DNA of 62,373 nucleotides, filler included, from Choristocarpus tenellus KU-1152 (taxonomy: Eukaryota > Protista > Phaeophyceae), in NCBI GenBank assembly GCA_964200185.2. It is 13 parts of 13 records of this genome, joined end to end, with 100 filler letters (N's around TTAATTAATTAA, not from the genome) between each part and the next. Parts side by side here need not be neighbours in the genome. Positions count along the whole stretch, not along the records: positions 10,827 to 13,913 come from CAXNAD020022408.1; positions 14,014 to 22,090 come from CAXNAD020005188.1; positions 22,191 to 25,692 come from CAXNAD020019603.1; positions 25,793 to 29,402 come from CAXNAD020018967.1; 9 more parts are not named here. One strand, written 5' to 3'. This document shows positions 13,380-26,495 of the stretch, in pieces. The notes under the pieces are model-generated. The model saw only the letters and a program-made list of their open reading frames with translations, made no database searches and was not told where the DNA came from. Every line of letters starts with the position of its first letter. Position 1 is the stretch's first letter. The position numbers and the translations under genes are program-made.

Positions 13380-13913
13380 CCTCCAACCAGTCGCTCATTA
13401 CCACTTATTCTAATTCATCCTGTGTGTGGTAATATGTTAGTCATCCTTTTGTTCATATGTGTGTGATTATGCCCTCCACTTTTCAGATGTGCCAGGGAAA
13501 AAGCAAAATATCGCAAGGACCCGTGTAAAGGGAACACTTGTCGTAACTGTGAAAGATATCTCTCCAAAATATATTTACTATTTGAGTAACTACCTATACT
13601 ACAACACTCCCATAAAAACTGGTAAGTACAATGTGATGTGTATACTGTTGTTTCACATCAATATTCTTGGTGATAAATTCTATACTAGATGACTAAATAT
13701 TTTTATGATTCTCATATATATTGTCATGCCCGCTGACATTTTCCAGAGAGAGGTGTTAGGTGGGAAACAAATGAAAGTCATAAATACGTCAGTATAAGTC
13801 TACACTAAGGAAATCTTAACCTATCACCATCAATAAACATATTATTTTATTATGATGCCCTCTGACATTTTGCTGATGTGTCAGGGGGAAACCAATGAAA
13901 ACTATATACATAT
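13380..13913 (+). repeat. Right arm of inverted pair, continuing into repeated hairpin motifs
   Basis: Matches 11020-11380. Motif TATGCCC(T/G)CTGACATTTT...GTGTCAGGG recurs at ~13468, ~13725 and ~13855. Confidence 0.8.
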
Positions 13914-14165
13914 NNNNNNNNNNNNNNNNNNNNNNNNNNNNNNNNNNNNNNNNNNNNTTAATTAATTAANNNNNNNNNNNNNNNNNNNNNNNNNNNNNNN
14001 NNNNNNNNNNNNNCCCCCCCCCCCCCTCCTTCCAGCACACCTCCGCAATAGTCCCAACACCTACACAACAGAGCTGTACTTACTTCAAACTAGTACCTGA
14101 AACTTCCCAAAAAATATGGGCTTGCATTTGCAATGTATATACTTGGATACTAAAATTACACTCAC

Positions 14166-17100
14166 ATTGGCCACCCCACGGGGGTTGTGCTGTATCACCA
14201 AGCAAAGGCCCTGGAATGCCATTTCCTTCTCCCCTCTGTCTCTAACCAGAGCCAGTGCAGAGCACCATGCAGCACAGTAGCTATCAATGCAACAGAGAGG
14301 GGCCCAGATTGACAAAGTCAATCACCTATGAGGGTATGTTTGTAGCACTATTACAAGGAACTGTGTGTGTTCTTTCCAGGTGTACTCCCTTCAACCAGTA
14401 GATGTACCTTCTGCACCTCATCACAAGCCCTCTTTATGCTATTGATGTTTGACCAGATTTTCTGCCTTAAGTCATGCGTATACAGTAGTCCACATAGCTT
14501 GACATGATAGCACAGTCTTCACAACAAAACTCATGAGGAATTGATACCTTACACTTACAGAGAACTCAAATGAGACCTAAAACAACATCGAATGCTTCAT
14601 ATGTTTACCACTAATAGTATGGCCTGATTTTGTCGTACATCTTGCAGACCTGGTTACAGGACATTGCACAGGACTACACAAATACCTGACTTCATACATT
14701 GCTACCACCCTACCGCCCCTCCCACGCTTGCCATCATTCCCCCCACTGCCACCCATGACTCACTCTTCTAGGCCCTGGGCAAGTGTCTCTGGGCACACCA
14801 GCCCCAGCCGTCCCACTGTGATGGATGCATTTTCCAACAGCGAAGGCTCTATGCCTGCACCCTTGCAGATGATGTCCAGAAGGTGGGCCATCGCCTCTGA
14901 AACCCAGGGGGTCACCGCCTGTCCCAACAACACAGTCAAAAATAGGAGCAAGGGGTGGATAGATATGGTCAACACAGTCAATGAAACCACTACGCCTCCT
15001 CCCGGTGCCCCCCTGAGAGCGTTTCTGATGAGTTATCACACCTCTCTCCCTCCTGTTGTGGCGATCTCTCCCAAGGCCCAGCTGGCATTGTTGCATACAA
15101 ACAGAAGGTCTATATCGCTCGAGATATTTTGCACCAAGAGTGCCATCACCTTGCCAGGCCGCACAATTCAGTTGAAGGGGAGTCAGAACAGTAGGGAAAC
15201 TCAGCAGGGAATCAAGTCAGGGGTTCTATACATTTGAAATAACAAAAACACAGAAGAGACTTTACCTCTGGCATGGCACAATAAAATAAAACACTCTTCA
15301 CGATCAGACTGGCTCTATCCCCATATCAAAAAACAGGCAATGCATTTTTTCCTCTGTCAAAAGTCTCACAGGTTTGCACACCAACATCAAAGCACCCATC
15401 AGCCAGAAGTAACCTCCCCCCCATCGTTAGCTCTCTAAAACTGCACCACCACTGTCAGAGCCCCAAACCACACAAAAGAGGTTCTTATTTATGTATGTAT
15501 GTATGTATGTATGTATGTATGTATTTATTGTGGTACCTGTGGAAGGGCTGGTCGTAACCTAGGCATACACGACTTGGCCAGCTCACCCACAACAGCAAAT
15601 GCAGACTGACGAACCTCCGTTGACTCGTCTGCACCACACTAGCCATCACAATACAGACAGGAGTTGTACCAGCATCAAGAGGTAGAAAGTGGGGGTGGAG
15701 GTGTCATGAATAAAGAAAAAAACTCTGTTTTGAAGTATGTGAACATTTAAAAAGAGTGCATGTTGGAGCGTGTGGTTGAACTGATGTTCCACCTAGAGGG
15801 ATTAAAAAAAAAAAAGAGGAAAAAGTATTGAGGGCACAAGCACACACCTATCTTCCTGCATTCATTGAACATATACAAGGATACAACATCAGTAACAACA
15901 GTAAGTCTACCAATGTCCCCAACAAGTCCTCCACTATACAATAAAAAAAACATGAGTGAGCAATTTTGAATACAATCGTCTCAACTTGAACACCTTCTAA
16001 TCCTTTTCCTAGGCCGTTAATATGTGTATGTATATGTATATATATACATTGGTCAGAGAGCATGTGCACAGCAGTTGAGTCTCGCACAATTGATCCATCA
16101 TATACCATCAACAACTTCTTACTCATATCGTACTGCCAACTCAACTGAAAACCTGGTTTAAAACACTTGTGGACAGATTTTGTCATTTTTGATGATGTTG
16201 CTAAACACCCTTTGAAACAAAAAAAAGGTATACGGGAGATTGAGGGCTTCCCTAGGATATCATCTCCATACCTGCAAGAGTAACTGGAGGATGTTGCTGG
16301 ATGCTAGCAGCGACTCAAACCCTTCCCCTAGCCCCTCCGACATACCACTGAGGACATCCAGAGCACACACTACCAACTCCTTGTCAGGGGGCTCCACCTG
16401 CATTGTGCATGGCGGGTCAGACACATCAAAACAGAAGTAAATTGGAGTCGCCTCCAGAGCATCGCTGACCTGCACTTTACCATTTCGGCATCCTGTGAAC
16501 AACTAAGGAAAGACATGATTCATCTTTTGGCATTCGCATCAGATCCGTGATTCGATTACTAAAATAACTTCAACAAAAAAGAAAAATCAAACAAGACATT
16601 ACGTTATTCAATGTTGTTTGACAAATTTGATGTGGTGTGATGGGAAGAGAGAGAGAGAGAGAGAGAGAGAGGATGCTATTGCACCTTCCATATAACAAGT
16701 GTGGGGGATACAGGCGTTGCCCACAAGGTTGCCAAGGGAGGAAGAGGGGTATCCCACTGACAAAGACTAAAACATTTGAGGCAGAGCACAGTAGAGTACT
16801 ACTTTTCTACAATGCGCAAGCATAATGATAAATTAAATCAATACAAGACAAACATCTGTCAAAATCACAGCATTTCTTTCATGTCATGGTGGCCGGCTTT
16901 AAACAACCCTCATGAGTACACCATGCTAGTCTGTGCAACCTGTCCTGTACTACTATCCATTTCATGATACACAACACCATCATCCATCACATAGCAATTA
17001 GTATGGTCATCTTATGCACTGAATTCCCTTGGACAAGACGATATCACTCCAGTATTAAATGAACACCATTCCAGGCTAAATCAAAAACATTTTCTTCTCA

Positions 17101-20100
17101 CCAATACTAACACACTTGGCAAGGCATCTCGCACCACACCACATGATGTTGCAAGGGGTGAGAGTGTAGAGCTTGGAAATCATAGTCTACCTACATTTCT
17201 ATCCTGGGAAATCTTTCTTGGTTTGAAGATATCAAGCCACCACACCATCCACAAAAGTACAATACAATCAACAACCTAACAAACCCTAACCCCTTAATTA
17301 AGAAAAATCCATGCAATCAGTATGGTTTCCTCGCAATGGAAGGGGGGTCAAAAAGTCAACTAGCAAAAGGGATAGAGCCATCTCACCCCCCCTTGGCGAT
17401 ATATGACCCCCTAAAGGACACATCAGAGTTGCTTCAGACCTGGCAATTCAACAAAGTAGACCTAGCATTCAATCATTTGGGGAAGGGGAGGGGGATTCAA
17501 GCAACTCTTCTTCAGCAGCCTTGCCTGGAAGCCTGGCTGTTCTGCTGCAGCATGAGCAAGGAGGGTTTCCTCAATGAGGCGTACACAGCGAACAAAAATA
17601 GGCCGGACGTGTGCCTAAGCAGCATCCATGGGGGCAATGGGGGGTCAATGGACTAGGGTGAGGCACTTACAGTAGTCATCTGCACAACCTCTACTTATGC
17701 ATGGAAAGACATAGAAGGCTAGCACGCTGTAGGGAGGGGGGGGGGGTCATGTGAGAGAAAGACAGAGGAAGGTGACAGAACATTTAACCTTGGGGGGAGG
17801 GGTGTTTGTCAGGTACAGGACTCACAGACCCCGCACTTGTCTACATTCCATGATATTTCATCATCAGCAAAGGAGAAATGTTATATTTTAAAAATGGCTA
17901 TTTAACCAATGTGGGAGTAGAGTCAGTATCAACATGCTTCCCCACAGACTTTGACCCTTCCCACCTCCAGCAACCCTCCAACGGCCTGTAGAATGGATGT
18001 CAGGCACTCCAGTGCTGGCATCAGCACACGATCAGTGTCTGCCACCTTGAAAAAAGAGCCAGTTCATGTAGGACAGAAAGAGGGTATAGCAAGAAGTTAT
18101 GCACCACAATGGAATGCAGTAAACAACATGTACCCAACAGCCTAAGAGTATACAGTATAGTCTTACTGCCTCAAAGTACACACACACTAATAATACAATA
18201 ATCCTTACAAAAGACACGCTTCCTTAGTTCCATCCTTATTGTGGTAAATATTATCATCATTACAGTCCTCTACCCTAACCCTAACCACCCACTGCCACCA
18301 CGTACTCCAATAGCCTAACCCTAACCACCCTCTGGCAGGCTCCATCCTCTCGGTTTACTCACTTTCAAGCATAATTACAAAAAAAAAAAGATATCTATTA
18401 GGTTACATGGGCTTGTATGCTCCTCTCTCTTAATAGGCAATTGAGTTTCTGTAGTGACAGTGGTAGGGCTGTCCTCAGGAGGCGTGTGTGCACACACGAG
18501 AAGAAAGAAAGAAAAGGTTAGATGACAGATCAGACACATAATGCACTCTCAAGGCAGTAAGTACCCTTCTCTAGTTACACTTCACTCACAGGAAATACAT
18601 CTCTGCAGCATACGAGACAGGATAGATTAGGTGTGGATGTATTTTTAGATGCATTCTTGTCATTGATGCTGGTCACTGTTCACGACAAGCACCCACCACC
18701 GGTCACTCTTCACTGCAGCTTGCTATCTCTACTTCGAATACACCACCCCAAGCAATAGATAACTTTTCTCCCTCAAGACTCAACCAATACCAATACAAAA
18801 CAATAGAAAAAGTAAAACGTACACCTGGAATCTAACAGATGGGATGGAGCAAACACCTGAGGGTCAAACCTCTCATCAACTATTCTGCCTTTTATGTAAT
18901 TGCTATATTAATAGACTGCCTTTATATCAGACTAAACTAGCACAACTATGCATACACTAAGTCCTAAATATGAAATCACCAAGAGTAACTGAACTGAACT
19001 GAACTGAACTGAGATGTGCATGTGTGTGTGTGTGTTTTGGTCATATTGAAGGAGGGCTATTTTCAACCTTCAATAAAAAAATATCATAAAAACACGCAAA
19101 AGTGAGGGTTGATAAGGACAACTCCCTAAAAAACAAAAACAAAAAGGCACCCCCCAGAAGTCAACAGATTGCTCCAAAAACATAAAACTTCACCAGAAAG
19201 TCAGAGAGGCCCTTCTAACTCAGCAGCACTCTACTCTTGGTTACTTTGACTCAATAGTGGACATGGTTGTCTCCACTGTGCTTCACCTAAATTATATCCA
19301 GTGCGTGGCATCCTCCTGCCTCTCTTTCCCCTTTTTTTTCCCATTCATCACCACCATCACAAGCAACACTCATCTATTACCACAAGTGTCTCAAGAGAGT
19401 GCCCCTACACTTCCCATGCTGTATCCCTCCAAATAGCTGTTGGGTCTAAGTCCAATTGACTACCCTCAACTACACCGACATAAAAAGAAAATAAATATGA
19501 AATTCCCCTCCCCTGCCCCCTCCCCCCAGGACAAACTTTTTCATCCCCATCTAGTATTATTATTTTGTAAAAAAAAAAATCAAAGGGCACAAACCACTCT
19601 ATGCTATACACCACAACACTAGCAACGCTCTTCCCAAAAATATAAACTCACCCCGCTCATATCAACACCCCTTTCCACAAGCAGCAGCAGTACCTACAAA
19701 ACCTCAGCATCATAATCACGGCATACACACACACACACACACACAGTTCAAACTAGACAAGAATGGACACATTCAAAAAACCTCCTACGCATTAATCTGA
19801 TCCAGACATGAAATTCAAACCTGGTTGAATCGGTTCATGAGGGGAGGCATCAATGTCGACACCAAAGCACTGCAGGCCAGTCTCTCCCCCACACTATCCG
19901 CTAGTGTGCCCACAGTATCATACAATACAATCACACTGCGGACCTGGTGCTTGGCCAGTGCTGCAGCAAAGCAACTTTTTGAAAGTGCAGTTCAAGAAGA
20001 AAAAGAGACACACAGCAACAACAGACCAAAATAAAAACACAAACAACAATAATAATAATAATAAGCATGAAATAGTACAAGTATCGTATTTTTCGAGAAC

Positions 20101-21985
20101 AATTTTGTGTGCAGAGAGTTTATTATAATTATTATTATTAATAATAATTATAGCGTATTATAAAAAAAAATCTTGCTCTATAGATACAGGCGGAGAATAG
20201 AATAGAAAAGGGGATTGAGAGTCGAGACGACAGAAACGTTTTAACACCCCCCCCACTACAAGAAGAGGGAGTCTGTTGTCCTAAAGCAAATGAAGGAAAC
20301 AAGCAAAATGTAGAGAGTAGTGCAAGCTACCCTGAGATCAGATTTCACATCGCTGTTCGTAGACCAGTATTACACCAAAACAACTCTTGTTACCCCAGCC
20401 CTTCAATGTCCATGCTATCACTAAGCACTGTAACCCAACACACAAAAAGCAAGGTGTTTAAATGGCGAGGACTCAGGACTAGGGAGTGGGGCACAAAGAG
20501 GGTCCAAAGCACACAATGACAATCAAAACCACACCTCCTCCCTGCCTGCCCCAAGTACGCTTTTACTTCTCACAGCTTCTTCCAAAAGTCTGGAGAGCAT
20601 CTGTAGGTGTAAGCCGTCCCCCGCCTACTCTATACGACCATTCCACCTTCAATATTCTGACAATATTGACAATGCTATCAGTACTACTCCTCCTGTACCT
20701 CTCACAGAAGTCAGATGCTATCACTATCGCTGGTTGCTTGCTTCACCTCAAGAGTGGCTCCAGGTAGGGTTGCAAGCCATAGCCGACCTCCTCTTCCACT
20801 GTGGACAGCGCTGAGCATGCCGCCTCCTGCACCTGCACAGATAACAATAAATTAACAGCTATCACCACCATTGTAAAGGGTATCAACGCAACAGTATCAT
20901 CAAGTGTAGCGTGGATTGTTGAGGTCAACAGAAAGAGACAGTGGGACAGGGACTACAACGAGCAGATACACTTCAAACAGCACCTACTACTAGTACTACT
21001 GCTACTAGTACTTAGTGCAATACCTCTCGCCCTTCGCTCTAGAATTTCTTGTAAAGTTTTTGCTCTACACGACAGAGGAAAGAATTAAAAAATAAACAAA
21101 TATATATACATATATATTTTCCCATCCCTTAAGCTATCTGAGACAGGTGATCAGGATAAACATTTTGTCATTGATTCCACAATGAGCTGCACAAGATTAT
21201 CACTCTAAGTAAGATACAAAACAAAAAAGCTAAGTCATCCTCCCATCCATAGAGGTTTGAGCATCTAGGACTTTTCAAAACTTCTATCTGAGATGTCATT
21301 TCCATGCCTGGAATGCAGCAACACCCCATTAGGACCCTGTACCACCACAGGACAAGTATCACCCCCCTTCCAATAGGACTCTTTCCTAAATCTCCTACTG
21401 ATGAAAGATTTACACTCATGCACACAACACCATAGGCTCATTTGTCATCACCAATCAAACAACAATGAGACAACACACTGCAACCTTGTCAACTCACCCT
21501 TGCCACTGTACTGGTGTTCAGGTCCCAAACTACTCCATGCAAGTACACCACCATGTACTTCTACTCTCTAACACCATAAAAGAACACACAGATTTGCAGC
21601 ACTCTCACCCACTCTAACATAACCCTAGCCCTAAGACTAATCCCAAGGCTGTCACCACATCAACCCGACTCAGCTCAAGAATATCCCAAAAAAATCAGTG
21701 ATGATCACAAAACACACAACACACACTCGGGGGCATCCCATACCGTCAAAGATACACCAGAGTAACAAGCACTGGAGGAGGATACTTATCTACACGGTCA
21801 CTTACATATCATCAACAACATATGGGTGCCCTGCCCCCCCCCCCCCCCCTTCCCTGAATCCCATTTATTGAACAAAGAGTAGTGCCTCAAAAAGATATAC
21901 CTTCTTGTTGCTGTCTACCACTCCCGCCATGAGTCCCTTCAACAGAGGTTCGAGATAGTTCTTAGCATCTTGCCGCGCAATCCAC
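14166..21985 (-). CDS. TNPO1: Transportin-1 / importin beta-2 (HEAT repeats), internal portion; both ends cut by contig limits
   Basis: Ten frame-compatible exons: 21985-21901, 20832-20747, 19974-19821, 18045-17965, 17614-17525, 16397-16272, 15638-15537, 15149-15042, 14918-14764, 14280-14166. They spell transportin motifs [95 protein letters not shown] and [17 protein letters not shown]. Confidence 0.93.
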
Positions 21986-22193
21986 CTTCACAAAAAAATA
22001 AAAAAATTGATCAGTACATTCAGGGCAAACCCCCCCCCCCAAACCAAACACACATGCAAGCAGAATCACAGCAGTAGTGCCCTACAGCAGNNNNNNNNNN
22101 NNNNNNNNNNNNNNNNNNNNNNNNNNNNNNNNNNTTAATTAATTAANNNNNNNNNNNNNNNNNNNNNNNNNNNNNNNNNNNNNNNNNNNNAAT

Positions 22194-22354
22194 TAACAGA
22201 CGATTTCAAAAATTGAGGATGGAGCTTTTCATTGAGGATGGGCCTGACCCAAAATTGACTGGGATAAAGTGTCGATATGTTTCTTTTGTATTGTATTGTC
22301 AAAAAAAAAACATATCGACACTTTATCCCAGTCAATTTTTGAAATCTGCTGTTC
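22194..22354. mobile_element. Family C short TIR element (~160 bp) with internal long hairpin
   Basis: Termini AACAGACGATTTCAAAAATT / AATTTTTGAAATCTGCTGTT. Internal inverted repeat AAAATTGACTGGGATAAAGTGTCGATATGTTT / AAACATATCGACACTTTATCCCAGTCAATTTT. Partial copies at 4097-4164 and 10827-10873. Confidence 0.8.
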
Positions 22355-25300
22355 AATGAATTAGAGGTTGGCAAAGCACTGTAACATGAAGATACTTGGC
22401 ACTGACGGTATCATTAATTGACGTAAAACGTCAACAGTGGTCTCTTGGGTAGTCACATTGCATTCCTGGCTATAACCGGCAACCGTTTTTTTTAATTTTT
22501 ACTCTCACTTCCTCTTTCCCCCCTTCTGTAAACATTACTCTTTTCTTTGCAAGTCGGCATATTTTATCTTTGCATACACAAAATCAACGTAGTGGTATGT
22601 AGAAGTTGAGTTTAACCTACTTGCTAATGGTGTTTTGTGAGCCCTAACACTAAGGTCTTCAATTTTGGGGTACTTGATGAAGTCTTGGGTGAATACCAGA
22701 ACATGAAAATGAAAAATGAACAAACGGTCAGTACGGTACTCCAGAGTGCAGAGTAGATTAATGAGAATACTAGCCTATCTATGCAACCATAAATTAATAA
22801 GGAAATGAGGGGGAATTCCGTTAACATCCCACCCAAGAAACAGAATTTGGCATGCAACAGGTCTGGTAAGAGAGGAAATCGTACTCAGACTAACACCCCA
22901 AGTGACATGTTTTGCAAAACTATAAAATGACTTGTGCCAGCACTCTCTCAAAGCAGCTTGTAGTTAGTCTCATTTCCTGGACATTGTATGTGCGGTCAAA
23001 TAATAGCAGATTGCGGAATGCTAAGGGTGCCATCTACCCCTCCCTCTACAGGATAAAAGGGTCTAACATCATAGATGACATCAGTACACAAGACAGTATA
23101 ATCACTACTATTCTAAGCATCTGGTAGGAACAGGAAGTACGCACTAAATGTCATTCTGCATACTCCAGAGTATATTAGTAGAAGTTGCCTTCAAGATTTA
23201 ACCCAAGCATGCAGGTTTAAGAAAAAACGCCATCAGCACACTTTGATGTCCTGGGAGGGAATACGTAGTTTCCTTTGCGACATGCAGCACGAGGCTAGTC
23301 ATCTTCTCGTGGCTACCCTGATCTTCTTCGCCCCTCAGCTTCCTAGCAAAAACACTAAACTTCGTGTTTACAATGAACGATTATAGATGGAACTACTTAA
23401 CAGGCACAAGGAGACCATGTGGACAAGGGAATGCCTCCCTCACCAGTTTGAGCCTTCAGCCCTCCCTCAAACATTTAGAACTCATTGATGCAAGGCCTAC
23501 ATTAACTATTACAATAAAAAACAGTGTAGAGACCACTCTTTGGCTCAGTTGGTGATCTCAAGGCTGTGCTCACCTCTGCCTCGCCCAATCACCCCCACCC
23601 CAAATTCTGCCCCAAAATCATTTTCACGTACTCAAATCTACCCCACTCAGCTTATCAACAGCCAACCCCTGATCCTATCAGTATGTGGGTGCTGAACACA
23701 ACTAATACCTAGCACCAGTCCCCACGAGCCCAACCTTACTACAGATACTAAATGTATTCGTGCAAGCACTTCACTGCCAGCAAGCAGCCGCCTCTCTTTA
23801 TACCATAATCATCAAGGCAAAAAGTTAAATCTAACTCTTTGTTCACAGACACAAACTTGACACATACAACACACGCATTGCTGAGTAGGATTTACTGAAA
23901 AAAAAAAAACGTCGGCGCCAAACTCATTGTCCTCAACAAGCATCTGACCTAGCATGAATTGTTTCTGAAGATGCATGAATTTGCTGCGATAGAACAAAAA
24001 AATCACACACAACAAGCTCTTCATCAGTTTACACGCATCAAGATATTTGCGGATGCAAACATTTATTTAAACAAATCCATTCAGAAACACACCATCGATC
24101 GCGATAAGTCGAGCAAACTGACGAAGCCAACACTTGGTAGCGTTATACTGAAATGCAACACAAGGTTCAGACCAACTCCAATGGTTTTTGCCACGCACAT
24201 CACTCAACACAAGACATTTTCAGCTATGCCAACAGGTGGCACTTGCCCTCCCTCCTTTCACCTCCACCGTACAGCACGATACAGAGTCAGGTTAGGTGCA
24301 ATCCCTTGGTGATATTCAGGGTGACACTCCTGCTGTGGGGTAAGTCAAGGAGCTTCTGGGAATGAGACACAGTGGTTATAATTCGGCAAGTACCATGGAG
24401 AACGTTACAGCATTAAGCACAAAAGCTCTCAATAATACAAACCTATCAAAGGGAGATACTGATAGGCTTTACCAAAATAGTGAAAAACACATATATTCTG
24501 ATGAAAATGTTAGCAGCCAGCACTAGAAACACCAAAACAAATGTGAACTGAGACAGCAAGCAAACTCATGAAACCATGGGCTGGTACATGGCAACATAAA
24601 CACGTGAAGTGTAAGATGGCAAACGGACACACGATATGGAGAGCCAGTAACAATGATATGATGATGTAGCTGGTGTGACAAATAAATCTAACCTAAGCAC
24701 ATGTGCAAGAGCAAGAGCCGTAAGCCCTGGTCCGGATGGTGAAATATTGACTCTAATCATGGAATGTTGAAAACAGATTGGTAATCGCCCAAGTCTTCTA
24801 ACTGGTTGATATAATGGGTCATTCGGGGATATTATCTTTGTGAAGGGAACTGCCTAAGCCACTTCTCTTGGACTCGGCCACCCAAATATAGTCACCCTTT
24901 ATAAAAAAAAAAGGTCCTGGGTATGCCTACAGGCCTATCATTGGCTCACACACACACACACCCATCCCACAAGTGCAGCGATAAGGTCGTTTGTGTGACT
25001 GGATTTCATCACACCATATCTCCAGAGACTGCACCCATTGAAACAAGGTCGGGATAGATCATTTTTCCTTGTGGTAGGCAAGACAAAGATCCGGAGCAAT
25101 GATCCCTGTCCTCAAGAATGTGAGAGATTGATTCCATTCCCCGAGAACAGTACAGTAACATTGCTACTCCTCCTGTAATACGACATACTTTACCTCACTA
25201 CAAACCTTTCTTCAAGACAATTCATTATGGGCTAGGGCAACTGATAACCATGAAGTACGTTTTGGTTTCCGAATACATGTAGCATGTTATGCCTTTGCAC

Positions 25301-25521
25301 TCTGGCTTGATCACCATAGCAGTGACTGCGGACCCTCCTAGATGTCACTTGCTTCTTCCATGGGACCTACCCAACTTGTGCCAGGAAGCCACTTTCGTGT
25401 TTGTGTGCACCACAAATTGGAGGGGGGGGGGACAACAACAGATTCCTTTTGGAAACTAATCCTAGCAGTGGGAACCATCTGAGCACAGGCACTCATGCAC
25501 ACTGGACACAGTTATTGACAA

Positions 25522-25692
25522 GAACGAACGTATCTTAGAGGGTACGAATCTTGCCCTGTTTGTCCATTTGGGGTTTGGCTTCCCACGGGTGTATTATGAC
25601 ATTTTACCTACTCCGAAATGTTTTGTAGTAGGTAAAGTGTCTGCATTGTGAATAAGTGTGTCCGGAACAAGGATATTGACACTTCCTAACAA
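25522..25692 (+). mobile_element. MITE family A, cut by contig end
   Basis: TATCTTAGAGGGTACGA...GGATATTGACACTTCCTAACAA. Confidence 0.85.
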
Positions 25693-25854
25693 NNNNNNNN
25701 NNNNNNNNNNNNNNNNNNNNNNNNNNNNNNNNNNNNTTAATTAATTAANNNNNNNNNNNNNNNNNNNNNNNNNNNNNNNNNNNNNNNNNNNNGGGGGGGG
25801 TGTTGTCAGTTTTTTTTTTTTTTGGTGTGTGGGTGGTGAATGGCGTTTTGTCTG

Positions 25855-25901
<47 letters not shown>

Positions 25902-26299
25902 GGGGGTGAAAGTCTTATTCTGAGCCACGTGTATTACTCTATGCAGATCTGGATTAGTTTCCGGGTAATTCAAGGGGTGTGATGCGCATGTTGGACGTGG
26001 ATTTGCATGAGTAGGAAATCTTCCGTACACACACAATCCCATTCACGCCTCTTGTATGGAGGTTTTTGGGACGTGTTCGAGACTCTTTCTCGGCAGTGCA
26101 GGGTTAGGGTTAGGGTTTCCTCAGTCTCTCTCTTTTCTTTTCTTTTTGTTAGCTGAAAACTCTCTTCCCGCCGAAGATTATTTGGTAGAAAACAAAACAA
26201 AACAAAACAAAACAAAAAAACAGTCCTTTCCCAGGACACCCTCTTCCCCACCGCTGCACACCCACCTCTCACCCATTGCCCTCCAACCACGTGTTCAAG

Positions 26300-26449
26300 G
26301 GAGATAGCGTTTGAGTCTGAGTCTGATCTCCGTGAGAAAGGGGCATATAAGACACCGGACATTCTCCTACAGGTCCCCATTGGTGTGCTTGGGCCTGGTG
26401 ATCAGGTGCGAGAGCTCAGGCCAAGGTGTACTTCTGTGTGTGTGTGTGT

Positions 26450-26495
<46 letters not shown>

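Noticed and set aside
14728-15237. 169-aa plus-strand ORF (and 61074..61787 minus)
   Set aside because: Antisense shadows of real transportin and AKAP17A-like exons.
22535-24370. Exon-like minus-strand fragments on contig 22191-25692
   Set aside because: Splice phases are ambiguous and no homology was recognised.
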